Origin: Phyllobates terribilis
Lineage: Eukaryota
Reading direction: 5' to 3'
Length of the DNA stretch: 64,000 nucleotides
Assembly (NCBI RefSeq): GCF_046119375.1
Contig: NW_027362768.1
Span: 80,910,001-80,974,000, forward strand
In this document: positions 10,590 to 24,100 of the stretch, piece by piece
Numbering within the stretch: the first letter of the stretch is position 1
Layout of the letters: each line of letters starts with the position of its first letter
Notes under the pieces: generated by a model
Database searches by the model: none
Told to the model about the DNA's origin: nothing
The model's input: the letters and a program-made list of their open reading frames with translations, nothing else
Position numbers and translations under genes: made by a program

Positions 10590-13500
10590 AATCTATATCT
10601 ATATCTATCCTAGTTACAGGGGAAAATTGCTCTCTATAGTGACAGAAGTCCCCTGGTAAAGCTGATCTGGGTCTGCTAGGATCTGACTGCTCTGTCGACA
10701 AAGGCCCAGCAATCATGTGATTGCCAGGTCATACAAAAGTGTGGAGACATGAGGGTCAGTGGGTGCTCTCGTCCGCTGGCCTGGCTGTCTTTAAAAAGAC
10801 CACATGGACCAGGGCTCATCCCACTGAACGCCCTTTCTGCTTAACCGTGGGCAGGATACTGCTCCGACAACACAGGGTGAGGGTAACGCACTGCAGTAAT
10901 AATTTATTGGATCACCAACAGACAACATAGTACTGTGCCAGTAAACACACAAGATGGTCCAAATGACAGCGTCACCCTTCTCTGGCTCGCCAGGAATTAG
11001 AACTTCTGCGACTTTGGGGCTTCCAGGGCCAACTCCCCCAACCAGTAGCACCCCTCTTTTGGTGGGCACCCACAGAGAGAAGATAGCGGCAAGCTTAGGA
11101 AGCTGATAGAGTACACCGAGGAAAGTGCACAGGTGACCTGATTGTCCCAACCTGGGTTCTCCAAATGTCTCCACGGGTTCAGTGATGGGCAGTGGATCAA
11201 ATCTGTATTCTTCCGGTTGGAGCCATGGTGCCTTGGCTGCTGTCCTCTAGAGTCTCTCTGTAGAAGGATAGAGGTCCCTTTTTATACCCACATCTATCCT
11301 TCAGGCAATTATCCACAGGGTGGGAGGAGGTCATCTCTTATTGTTCAAGCGTTCAACTAACCTGCATTTTTTGTCCTTCAATGTTTGCAGAACAGCAAGC
11401 TGCATGAACTGATACAATAGGTAGTCAGCAGGCATTCACCAAATTAACAAACATCGATTGTTCAATTAACCTGCACCTTTGTCCCTCAAGGATAGTAGAA
11501 CAATAAGCTGCAAGGACTGATACAATAGATAATCAGCAACCATTCAACAAACATCAATTCAGCATTCAGGCTCGTATGAACAAATAGCTCATGTCCCTGG
11601 ACTTACTGAGTAATACGTCTTGCATAATTAAGAATAAACGCGGTGTCGTCACAAAAAGCATTAACAATTCCAGTGGTTCTGTTGGCTGCATTGTGCTCTC
11701 TGATAAATCTCTATCTTCTCCAGACGTGTCAGACATAATTACAGGAGATTTAACCTTAGCCATCAATTTAATTACGTGAGGTCAAAGCCCAAGATCAAGC
11801 ACCACATCCAAGATCAAGCACCACATACTTGCTGCACTTAGATGTTATCTACGGCAGCCATGGGTCGGACAGTGTAAAGTCACCCTAAGTTCTCATCCTT
11901 CCGCTGTAGGTTATTAGCGTAGTAGCAATTGCTCTTTCCTCTTTTGTTTTCTTTATCATTTTAGCAGGGTCCTCCTTGCAATCAGTGTAGACTCCCATAC
12001 ACATTAAAAGGTTATGCTCATCTTTAGAAGTTATCTATTCGTTAGGAGATATTTGGGTCTAACTGCTGGGACCCCCACTGATTTGAGAACAAGGCTGTGC
12101 ATTCGTTCTCTATGGGACTGCTGGTAAAAGTTGAGCACTGTACTCTCTCCAGCAATCACATAGAGCAGGGATGCATGTCGGGGCATTTTGTTTATTCTCC
12201 ATTGAAAACACATGCACACCCTGACAAATAGAGCATGCATTTGTATGGGGAGGAGGCTGGAGAGACAGCTGTAGGCTGAATGAGTGACCTGCGGCTTAAT
12301 GGACAAAATAAAGCGGGACAGAATGTGATTCCCCTCTGTCTGGACCGGTTCTGCTATTAGATCACACATATAGAATGATCGAATACTAGAAGGTGATGGT
12401 GGTATAATGTTTACCTTTTGCGGTTCTGTTTCACCTTTATTTTTCATGTTTTTGCCTTTGATCACCATCTTGGACACTCTCCTCCCCAGACCAGTGTTAG
12501 ACAAGTGATCCTATGTAACCGGTTTTTACTAGTGAAGTCCTGCAAGAAGCGGCCTCCTTCTGTGAGTCTGCAGCTGAGACACTTCAGAACTGCCTCTGGT
12601 AAGCACCAAATATCTGCTGTTAGCAAGCAACGTGATATGTGACTTCTAGTGAAATGACTGTATAGGAGGGACATTGTACTGGCAGCCATATTATCTACTT
12701 TACTTGTTATGCTATAAGCTGAATTTCCCAGATATGTGACATTATCAGAAATATATGCTCGATACTATTGAGTGTTTTCGCTCAAAGCCTTACCACAGCG
12801 TTGAGCATCTGATGACCTGTCTCTATTTTTCAGCCTTGAATGGCTCGATCGTGCAGTTCAAGTTGTCCGACATTGGAGAGGGAATCCGGGAGGTTACGGT
12901 GAAGGATTGGTAAGCCCCTAAAAGTGGTTGTTCTTGTGATTGATCTTCAGGAGCACACTGCTCCCCAGCCTCCCTGCTTTGTGCTTACCTCCTGATTGAC
13001 CATTTGGACCAGCAGCATAGTTGCCCTGCTTGCCTGTACTGTGTATTCTCCAATGCTGCAAGCCGAGCTTTGCCTCGGCACCAGAGGACTTCGGGGGGTA
13101 CTGAAGCTGGACAGATCCAGCAACTCGGCCACTTTCAGAGCAGCGCTTACAAACACTAATAAAGAGCTTGCAAGTGCTGTACTCCTTGTCTAGGAGATCT
13201 GCCACATCTGATAACCTGCAGCTTTGTCAGGTAACCTAGACAGTCATGAAATGGGAATCAACAAACTGTAGAGTGAGCCCACCAGATGTGGGACGCAAAT
13301 CTTTTCTCCTTTCTTGGATACATGCAATAAAACAAGGCAAAACTTCAAGAGAATTTGTAAAAAAAAAAAAAAAAAAAACTGGAGGAACTATATACCTAAT
13401 ACTGACCTCATACTCTGTTTTATGGACACCTTTGAAGATAATTTGTCAAGGTTGTACTTTTGAGGCTTCATAAATTGGAAGAGAAATCTTGAGCTAATCT

Positions 13501-15026
13501 GTAGTTTCACATGACCAGTAGAGCTGAGCAAATCCATTTCCAAGGCCTGGACCAGTGGCCATGTTAGTATTCTGTGGTCACCGCATGGGAGCCTACATGC
13601 CGGCATCTTTGTTGCCTCTTATGATTTTTAGGTCTGTCTTATAACTGCAACAATGGCAAAGTTGGAGGCCTACAATCAGAAGAAGGGCCGAGGATGCCGG
13701 CTGTCAGGAGGGTATTCGCAGGACTCCTGTCTGGTGACCACAAAATACTGACATGGCGGCTGGACCAGGATCCTGCAAATTTATTTGCTCATCTACTAGT
13801 GACCAGTACCCCTTTTCCTTTTAAAATTACTTCTGTAGATGGCATGGAGTCAATAATGGGTAAAATTCCCTTGTTTGCAAACGTATGAATTTAGATGTCT
13901 AGTTGAGAGTAAGAATGTTCCTGACGAGGGTTGAGGAAGATAAGACCTCCTTGATGACTATCAACATTTATGTCCTCATCCCTGGAGTATACCGTATATA
14001 CTTCCTCTGATGACTAGTGTTGAGCGAGTATGTTCTATTAACCCTTTCAGCGAGTATGCTTGGGCCGAGCTCCGAGTATTTATAGCTGCTCGGTGATATG
14101 TTTGAATCACTCCCGTGTGCATGATTTGCAACTGTTTGACAAGTTTAATACATGTGAGGAATGTGTAAGAAGCAGACTTTCCTCACATGTATTAAAACTG
14201 TCAAACAGTCGCAAATCATGCACACGGGAGGATTTAACCTGATCACCGAGCAGCTGTAAATACTCGGAGCTCAGCCCGAGCATACTCGGACAGAACATAC
14301 TCGCTCAACCCTACTCATCACTATTGATGACCTTTCCTTAGGAACGGTCATTAATATCTGATCGGTCAGGCTCCAGCACCCCCACCGATCCGCTGTTATA
14401 AATGCTAAAGTAGTGGACAACCTCTTTAATTATCAAGTTCTGTTTGTTTTTTAGGTATGTGAAGGAAGGCGATACAGTGTCCCAGTTTGATAGTATCTGT
14501 GAAGTTCAAAGTGACAAAGCCTCAGTGACCATCACCAGCCGCTATGATGGGGTTGTCAGGAAGCTGTATTACAATGTAGAGGACACTGCTCTGGTTGGGA
14601 AACCTTTGGTGGACATTGAAACAGATGTTGTGAAAGGTTTGTGAATAAGTCTGCTGTGTCAGACGTCTCGTCCAGATTTTTAATAAAATGACATCTCCAC
14701 CTTAGTTTGATTTTTACAGTCATATACTTAATTCAGAATAATACTGCACCATTCCCATCCTAGTGCTGTCAGGAATTGAATATGAGCCCCATCCCTAACA
14801 CAGCATTCAATTAGTAAAAATACAAATCTGAACAATTTGAAGGAAAGTTTTTCTCTGCATAAAAAAAATATTTAGATTTGAGAGTCCTCAGTGGTTGATA
14901 CCGTTTAATGGCTAACTGAAAGCTTGCAATCTGTTACCATCTTTTCAGTTAGCCATTAAACGGTATCAACCACTGAGGACTCTCAAATCTAAATATTTTT
15001 CGATCTACTGGCTAACACAGTACAAA

Positions 15027-15113
<87 letters not shown>

Positions 15114-18100
15114 TGTACAGACCAAAAGTTTGGACACAACTTCTCATTTAAAGATTTTTCTGTATTTTCATGACTTTGAAAATTGTACATTCACACTGAA
15201 GGCATCAAAACTATGAATTACCACATGTGGAATTATATACTTAACAAAAAAGTGTGAAACAACTGAAAATATGTCTTATATTCTAGGTTCTTCAAAGCAG
15301 CCACCTTTTGCTGTGATGACTGCTTTGCACACTCTTGGCATTCTCTTGATGAGCTTCAAGAGGTAGTCACCGGAAATGGTCTTCCAACAATCTTGAAGGA
15401 GTTCCCAGAGATGCTTAGCATTTGTTGGCCCTTTTGCCTTCACTCTGCGGTCCAGCTCACCCCAAACCATCTCGATTGGGTTCAGGTCTGGTGACTGTGG
15501 AGGCCAGGTCATCTGGCGCAGCACCCCATCACTCTCCCTCTTGGTCAGATAGCCCTTACACAGCCTGGAGGTGTGTTTGGGGTCATTGTCCTGTTGAAAA
15601 ATAAATGATGGTCCAACTAAACGCAAACAGGATGGAATAGCATGCCACTGCAAGATGCTGTGGTAGCCATGCTGGTTCAGTATGCCTTCAATTTTGAATA
15701 AATCCCCAACAGTGTCACCAGCAAAGCTCCCCCACACCATCATACCTCCTCCTCCATGCTTCACGGTGGGAACCAGGCATGTAGAGTCCATCCGTTCACC
15801 TTTTCTGCGTCGCACAAAGACACGGTGGTTTGAACCAAAGATCTCAAATTTGGACTCATCAGACCAAAGCACAGATTTCCACTGGTCTAATGTCCATTCC
15901 TTGTGTTCTTTAGCCCAAACAAGTCTCTTCTGCTTGTTGCCTGTCCTTAGCAGTGGTTTCCTAGCAGTTATTTTACCATGAAGGCCTGCTGCACAAAGTC
16001 TCCTCTTAGCAGTTGTTGTAGAGATGTGTCTGCTGCTAGAACTCTGTGTGGTATTGACCTGGTCTCTAATCTGAGCTGCTGTTAACCTGCGATTTCTGAG
16101 GCTGGTGACTCGGATAAACTTATCCTCAGAAGCAGAGGTGACTCTTGGTCTTCCTTTCCTGGGGCGGTCCTCATGTGAGCCAGTTTCTTTGTAGCGTTTG
16201 ATGGTTTTTGCAACTGCACTTGGGGACACTTTCAAAGTTTTCCCAATTTTTCGGACTGACTGACTTTCATTTCTTAAAGTAATGATGGCCACTCGTTTTT
16301 CTTTACTTAGCTGCTTTATTCTTGCCATAATACAAATTCTAACAGTCTATTCAGTAGGACTATCAGCTGTGTATCCACCAGACTTCTGCACAACACAACT
16401 GATGGTCCCAACCCCATTTATAAGGCAAGAATTCCCACTTATTAAACCTGACAGGGCACACCTGTGAAGTGAAAACCATTTCCGGTGACTACCTCTTGAA
16501 GCTCATCAAGAGAATGCCAAGAGTGTGCAAAGCAGTCATCAAAGCAAAAGGTGGCTACTTTGAAGAACCTAGAATATAAGACATATTTTCAGTTGTTTCA
16601 CACTTTTTTGTTAAGTATATAATTCCACATGTGGTAATTCATAGTTTTGATGCCTTCAGTGTGAATGTACAATTTTCAAAGGCATGAAAATACAGAAATT
16701 TCTTTAAATGAGAAGGTGTGTCCAAACTTTTGGTCTGTACTATATATTTTTTCCCTATATCTCTGCATAAATACTTATATTTTTGGTTAAAAAACAAAAC
16801 CTTTTGCAATATGGCATAATTAAAAATATTCAGCTGTTCAAAAAAAAAAAATGCTCATGTCCTTTAATTCTATGTCAAATAGAAGGGGGCGTTTTCTTTT
16901 CTCCCCTGCATGATGCTGCCTGCCTACGATTGGTCAACCTCATGCAGAAGAAGTACACGCCCCCAGAGACTACTCTCTGGTAACATTCAGTTGGGCTCAT
17001 CACAAGTTATACTCCTAGGGTTATGTGCACACGTTTAAGTATTTCCTGTGATATTGCTGCTTTTTTTTTTCTGTGAAGTTTTGTCACAAAAAAATGAAGG
17101 ATTTCCTAGTACCAGCAAAGCGGATGACATTCCTGAAGTCTCATGCATACATTGCTTATTTTTTCCTTGCATATTTTTAGCAGTTTCAAATCTGCAGCAT
17201 GCAAATTCTTGAAGCTTTTTTCACTGTAATAACTGAGGGGGGAAAAAACGCATACAAAAAAACATTCTTTTGCAAGGCAGCAGTTTTCCTGCCAGGACAC
17301 ACATTTTTGATGCAGAAATGTCTGCAGTAAATACTTAACTTGTGCTCCTACCCAAAGTTTCCAAGCTTACTATTTTTCTTCTATTGGCTGAAAATTGGAT
17401 TGTGTGTTGCCTTTACAAGGGGTAAAAAAACATTGGAAAGTATAAGGGTCATGCATATACCTTTTTATAGGGGCTTCTCCTACTTTAGCAAGCCATAATG
17501 TACAGTAAAGGCTTCCTAAGCCAGTGGCATAACTAGAGTGTTATGAGCCCTGGGAGAAAAATAACAAGGACCCGGCCCCCAGCTGAACCACCAGCATCCT
17601 ACTGAGATGCATGGCCCTGGTGCTGGTGGCATTGCTGGAGTCTATAAAGAAACGTTTGTTTCCCCGTTTTGTTTTTAACCGCCATCTTGTTACTGAACAT
17701 AACCTAATATACCAATAATACTACATACAAGGGAGACATATAGCCTCACTATGACCATATGTTACCTACTTATACACTAATGACTGAATAATCCCACCAT
17801 GCTGATTAACTAAAAACCCTGAACTTAGAATGATATTACCCCAGTGACCTTGTGGTGGTAGATACCAGTTATACATAGGTGGTATGCAGAACATTTATAT
17901 GTATACAGTACAGATGCATCCAGTGACGTCTCCAGTTGAAGTAATTGGCTTTTCTTTTTCATCCGGCGCAGACCGCCATAACTCCTACCAGCCACGACTC
18001 GTCCCTGCAGAATGTAAGGCACAGACCTCAATGGCTGCTAGCGCACCCTCCCCACATGCCTTAGTGCCACCCTGGTACCCTACAGTACCTTGCTTTTGTC

Positions 18101-21100
18101 CTCCCCTCTCCCAGTAACAGTATCTCAAAAATATAATACATTACAGCAGTGATGTCTCCCTTTGTGCCCCCTTGCAGTAGAAATATCGCATTCCCATTTT
18201 TTTTTTTTTAACCTGATTAAACCTAGAAACGCGCTGTACAGTCAGATGATTTGTCTCTGCTTTTTATCGGAGACGCACTCTACACACTTTTTACTATCAC
18301 CAGCCTTAGTGAAATTTTAGGGGGACATTCATTAAATGTGATGGCTATGGTCCCTGGTGACTATTTTGGAAAGCCTCTAAGTTATGCAATTTTTCACATG
18401 GAATATCAGAGTTTTGCCGCACCTTGGAGCTGAGTATTGCAGTAGTTAAAGTTAAAATGTTCTGGATGTTAGCCATGTATAAGCCATGCTTTCTCTGCAC
18501 GTGTTTTATTAAAAAGTGATTTACACTCCCTAGATGTGGCATCTGAAGAAGATGTGGTGGAGACTCCTCCAATCTGCCAGGAGCACACACACCAAGAAAT
18601 AAAGGGACATAAAACGCTGGCCACTCCTTCTGTTAGACGCCTCGCGTTGGAGAACAATGTAAGTCTCCTTGGTTTCTGTTAGAAAAGGCCCCATGATTAA
18701 TAGATGAGAACATTGGCAGGGCTTCTGATGGCTACCAAAGATTGCTATTCTGGCTCAATGTCCTCCATGTATTCAAGTCTAAAATACTGTTTTTGATTTT
18801 AGTTGATATCCGTGCAATCTGAAGCAAAAATTGTCTATTATCCCTGCTCTATTAATATTATGCATTGTCAATTATAATAAAACGTAACTTTTATTTACAA
18901 TTATATTGAAAGAGTGATTAAGGAACTCTGTGGAGTCAGCTGTTTTTACTTCTTCATATTCACTCTATTTTCAATCCTGCATACTGGAGTATCAATGAAT
19001 GAAAACTTACAATCACTGTGAGAGTAGTGTATATTTTCAGTGCATAATTTGTTTAATTATAGGCCAAGTTAAAATTCTGCCCACTAAGCCTCAACGTGTT
19101 TCATTTGTCCAGGCTTCTTCAGGGGTTACTAAGGCTATTATATTATGTGAGGTGCAGCCAGCCCTTTCTAAGAGTTTGTGTTTGTCAGTAACGGGTAAGG
19201 TCACTAGCTAATCATACCCCGAACTGGGATGCCACCTCCTGTAATTAAGTTGATTGGCACTTCAAACAAGCTGGCGAATTTTGCTACATCTTGCGCTATC
19301 CACCAGTTGTGTATGTTAGTTTATATTACTTGTCCTTTATAGAGCTCATACAATTATTCTCCATCCAGACAAACCCTACTGACATGAAATATGAGCTTTT
19401 AAAGTTCTGTCTGCACCTCATACAACGCTATTACCACAGTAACCCCTGAAGATGCCTGGACAGGTGAAACCTGTTAGGAGGCAGTGTTTGAATTTTAAGT
19501 TGTTATTCTGGGGAGGAATTGACCAGTAAATAAAGAAAACTGATGCATCCTCACTACTTACTACCCAAAGCTATTCCTGTGGGTTTAATTCATTAATACT
19601 ACAGAATATTGGAGTGAAAATAAAATGAATTTGAATAGTAATATTGCTGACTAAGCTCAATGTTGGTTTTAATCACTCTGTCTTGGTTCTCCCTCAATAT
19701 AAATGTAAATGCAACCACAATTACTGCTCGATATTGGCCATGTTGAATTCAAACCTAGCCATAGAAATATGTATCCATTGAATGCCATCTTCTGCCACCG
19801 CAAGCTGCTGGGGTTTTACTGTTTGCAAAGGTGGCTGCACCCACAGGAAATCGGTAGAACGTTAATTAAGGGACACTAATAAATGACTTGACACTTGAGA
19901 TCATGCATAAATCACTCTTGATGATGGGTAGAAAGATTTACTGTGTTTTGTGTGTTTGCTGTCCAATTTCTTCAGATAAAGCTTAGTGAAGTGGTGGCCA
20001 CCGGCCGGGATGGACGTATTTTAAAAGAGGACATTCTTAACTTTTTGGCTAAGCAAACAGGCGCCATATTGCCACCTTCTCCCAAAATGGACATACCACC
20101 GCCTCCCAAAAAAGAAGTCTCCAAACCAATACAGCAAGAAAAAGCTCCCGCCATTCCAGTATCCTTTACCCAACCAATCGTGTTCTCAGGAAAGGATGTC
20201 ACCGAGCCCTTGAAAGGTAATGGACATAATAATGTGCTAAGTTTTTCTAGCAACATTTTCTCCTACTACACTGCTCAAAAAAAATAAAGGGAACACTTAA
20301 AATACAGAATATAACTCCAAGTAAATCAAACTTCTGTGAAATCAAACTGTCCACTTAGGAAGCAACACTGATTGACAATCAATTTCACATGCTGTTGTGC
20401 AAATGGAATGGACAATAGATGGAAATTATTGGCAATTATCAAGACACCCTCAATAAAGGAGTGGTTCTGCAGGTGGGAACCACAGACCACATCTCAGTAC
20501 CAATGCTTTCTGGCTGATGTTTTGGTTACTTTTGAATGTTGGTTGTGCTTTCACACTCGTGGTAGCATGAGACGGACTATACAACTCACAGACGTTGCTC
20601 AGGTAGTGCAGCTCATCCAGACTGGCACATCAATGCGAGCTGTGGCAAGAAGGTTTGCTGTGTCTGTCAGCGTAGTGTCCAGAGGCTGGAGGCGCTACCA
20701 GGAGACAGGCCAATACACCAGGAGACGTGGAGGGAGCCATAGGAGGGCGACAACCCAGCAGCAGTATCGCTACCTCCACCTTTGTGCAAGGAGGAATAGG
20801 AGGAGCACTGCCAGAGCCCTGCAAAATGACCTCCAGCAGGCCACAAATGTGCATGTGTCTGCACAAACGGTTAGAAACCGACTCCATGAGGGTGGTATGA
20901 GGGCCCGACGTCCACAGATGGGGGTTGTGCTCACAGCCCAACACCGTGCAGGACGCTTGGCACTTGCCACAGAACACCAGGATTGGCAAAGTCGCCACTG
21001 GCGCCCTGTGCTCTTCACAGATGAAAGCAGGTTCACACTGAGCACATGTGACAGTCTGGAGATGCCGTGAAGAGCGATCTGCTGCCTGCAACATCCTTCA

Positions 21101-24100
21101 GCATGACCGGTTTGGCAGTGGGTCAGTAATGGTGTGGGGTGTCATTTCTTTGGAGGGCCGTACAGTCCTCCATGTGCTCTCCAGAGGTAGCCTGACTGCC
21201 GTTAGGTACCGAGATGAGATCCTCAGACCCCTTGTGAGACCATATGCTGGTGCGGTTGGCGCTGGGTTCCTCCTAATGCAGGACAATACCAGACCTCATG
21301 TGGCTGGAGTGTGTCAGCAGTTCCTGCAAGATGAAGGCATTGAAGCTATGGACTGGCCGCCCGTTCCCCAGACCTGAATCCGATTGAGCACATCTGGGAC
21401 ATCATGTCTCGCTCCATCCACCATTGTCATGTTGCACCACAGACTGTCCAGGAGTTGTCTAGGATGTGTTGTTTGAGTGTTCCCTTTATTTTTTTTGAGC
21501 AGTGTATTATGAAAGAATATACATTTTTAAATGGGTGATGACCTAATCATTGATGGCCTATCCTGGCCGTTTACTAGAAACGTTAGTTAGGGGTTAAATT
21601 ACACCATTACTATGAATGAAGCAGCTGTATTTACAACCTGACATGCCAATAAGAGTCCAAAAAATAGTCAAAAGCGCAATAAAAAAAATCACTCAGACGC
21701 AATGAAAAAAACGCACCTAATTTACGAAGTGCAGAAATTGTCATGTAGTGACGAGGGATTGTGGGCACTTACCCGATCTGTCAAACTCAAGGCGCCCTAA
21801 TTTATCACTGTCCCCCGGATTACTCCTGAAGGTGGAGACGCCGGGGTCACTTACCTTGCTATGCTCCTATCTTAACCCTTATCTGATCACTCCCCCACCC
21901 AGGGAGGTGATAGATTGAAGTGTATAGGAAAACACTAACCAGACAGACAGGGTTAACACAGGGATAAAAGAAAACTACAATCATACAAATACTCACAAAA
22001 CAACAGTGGGAAACAGAGGAGGTATAGGAAGAGGAAACCAAATGTAAGAGGATAAAGAAAAACACGCAAACTAAACTCCACACAGCAACCTCCAGAAAAA
22101 CTCTCCAGGAGCCAAGTCCAAACACTGAACTTTCTCCTTTACCACCAAACCAGGAAGTAGAACAGTAACTGGCAACTCCCAAGTGCCGAGCATGTATACC
22201 AGAGGGGAGTGGCCAACACAGAACAGCTGAGACAATTCGGGATGGAGAGCTCCAGGAGATCAACTGAACTGATTAACCCTTGCCATGACAGCAAGGAAAC
22301 CTGCACTGTTTTAATAGGATGGTAAAGCAGTTCTAATAAGTGCAGGAGTTCTGGCCCCTCTCTGTCACGGTATCCCCATGACAGAAATAGTGCAAAAAAT
22401 CTGCAACATCAAAACCTCGCCAAATACTCATTGTTTGAACGTAGTCTTAAACTCCGTTATGATTTAAACGTAATGTAGTAGACCTACTACTGCTAACTGC
22501 AGCTGTTGAGGCTGTGCATTGTAGGGGGCATCAGTGGTGTGGCAAACACAATTATATCTAAGGGCTCCTAAAGTATTACCATTGAGGCACATTTAATAGA
22601 TCTGCCCCTGTTAGCCTAGAATAAAGTCACTAATAGTGAATGTATGGTCTATCGCACCTAGCACTTATCTGTCTCCTTGTATTATGCTGCCTTCTAGCAT
22701 TTTTCTCGTACTAGTTCTTTCTCTGATGCTTTCTTTTTCTGTGTTCTTTATTCTCAGGTTTCCACAAAGCCATGGTGAAAACTATGACCTCGGCCCTAAA
22801 AATACCCCACTTTGGTTACTGTGATGAGGTGGATATGACCACACTTGTCAAGCTCCGAGAGGACCTCAAGCCTTGGGCTGAATCTCGTGGAGTCCGGCTG
22901 TCATTTATGCCTTTTTTCCTCAAGGTGAGTTTTAAGCAAACAGTCCTAAATAAATATGTATACCGTAGCAGTGCCGATAACATGGAAGGAATCCACACAG
23001 CACTCACAATAATATCTGATACCTCTGCACAGAAATGGTCGAAGGCGTATAGAAATGTATGAGTTTACCTAATTGGTTGCTCCTATGTGCTGCTCATCCA
23101 GATCCTGATATCTGTGTGATGGTTACTCTATAAACCTTTACGTATGTTGGATGCCATTTGTCTGCCATTCATCACCCACAGGTTTTAGTGTTGGAAAAAG
23201 GTATGTATTAATGATGAGAAATGGAGAATCTTTGTGTATGAGAGTCTGGGCTGTTGCAATGCATAAGGTCCTCACAACTGAAGCTTCAAAGAAAAGGCCT
23301 CGCTCCATAGAAAAAACAAATAAGTGAGGATTTATTGACTAAGTGTAATTGTTGGGAGGCTTGGCAGGATAGGCCATAAATGTCTGATAGATGAGGGCTT
23401 CGTCACGGGGAGCCACGTCTATCCCCAGCACAGATTGGACAACCCCAACTACATGAGCCCCATTGGCATAAGTTGGACCTGAAAATTTTCATTCTGGTCG
23501 TTGTTTCCACAGGCAGCCAGCCTTGGACTTCTGCAGTACCCAATACTCAATGCCTCAGTGGATGACAACTGTCAGAATATCACCTATAAGGTTGGTTCTT
23601 AATCCTGAAACCCAACGTTTGTCACATCCGTAGGAGTCCAGATTGTGAGAGGTCATTGAAGAAAATATTGTGTCTCCTAGGCTGCTCACAATATTGGGGT
23701 TGCAATGGATACCCAACAGGGGCTCATTGTCCCTAATGTGAAGAATATACAAGTCCGGAGCATTTTTGATATTGCTGTGGAGCTGAACCGCTTGCAGAAA
23801 CTTGGGTCTTTAGGACAGCTGGGGGCTGCAGACCTGACAGGAGGCACCTTTACTCTCTCCAACATTGGTTCGGTAAGATGGCTGCTCCAATCTTCATATC
23901 CACAAAAACATGCAAAATCTTAGCCCAGGGTAATGACTATACTGTTCTTTGTTTGGTTCCCTTTTGTAGATTGGAGGTACATATGCAAAGCCTGTAATTA
24001 TGCCCCCGGAGGTGGCAATTGGAGCCATTGGGAAACTGCAGGTTGGTACCTTTTTTGTTTTCTTTTTTTTTTTAAAGTAATATTCTTGTTTGTTACTTTT

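Noticed and set aside
11566-11780. IITGDL motif suggesting a LINE endonuclease
   Set aside because: A single weak motif with no other recognisable LINE blocks.
1050-15190. ORFs with IYIYIY runs (1050-1289, 10513-10716, 15005-15190)
   Set aside because: Artefacts of (TA)n microsatellites.
18205-18240. CTGATTAA...GAAACGCGCTG hammerhead-like string
   Set aside because: First core box and stem II are broken; too degenerate to call.
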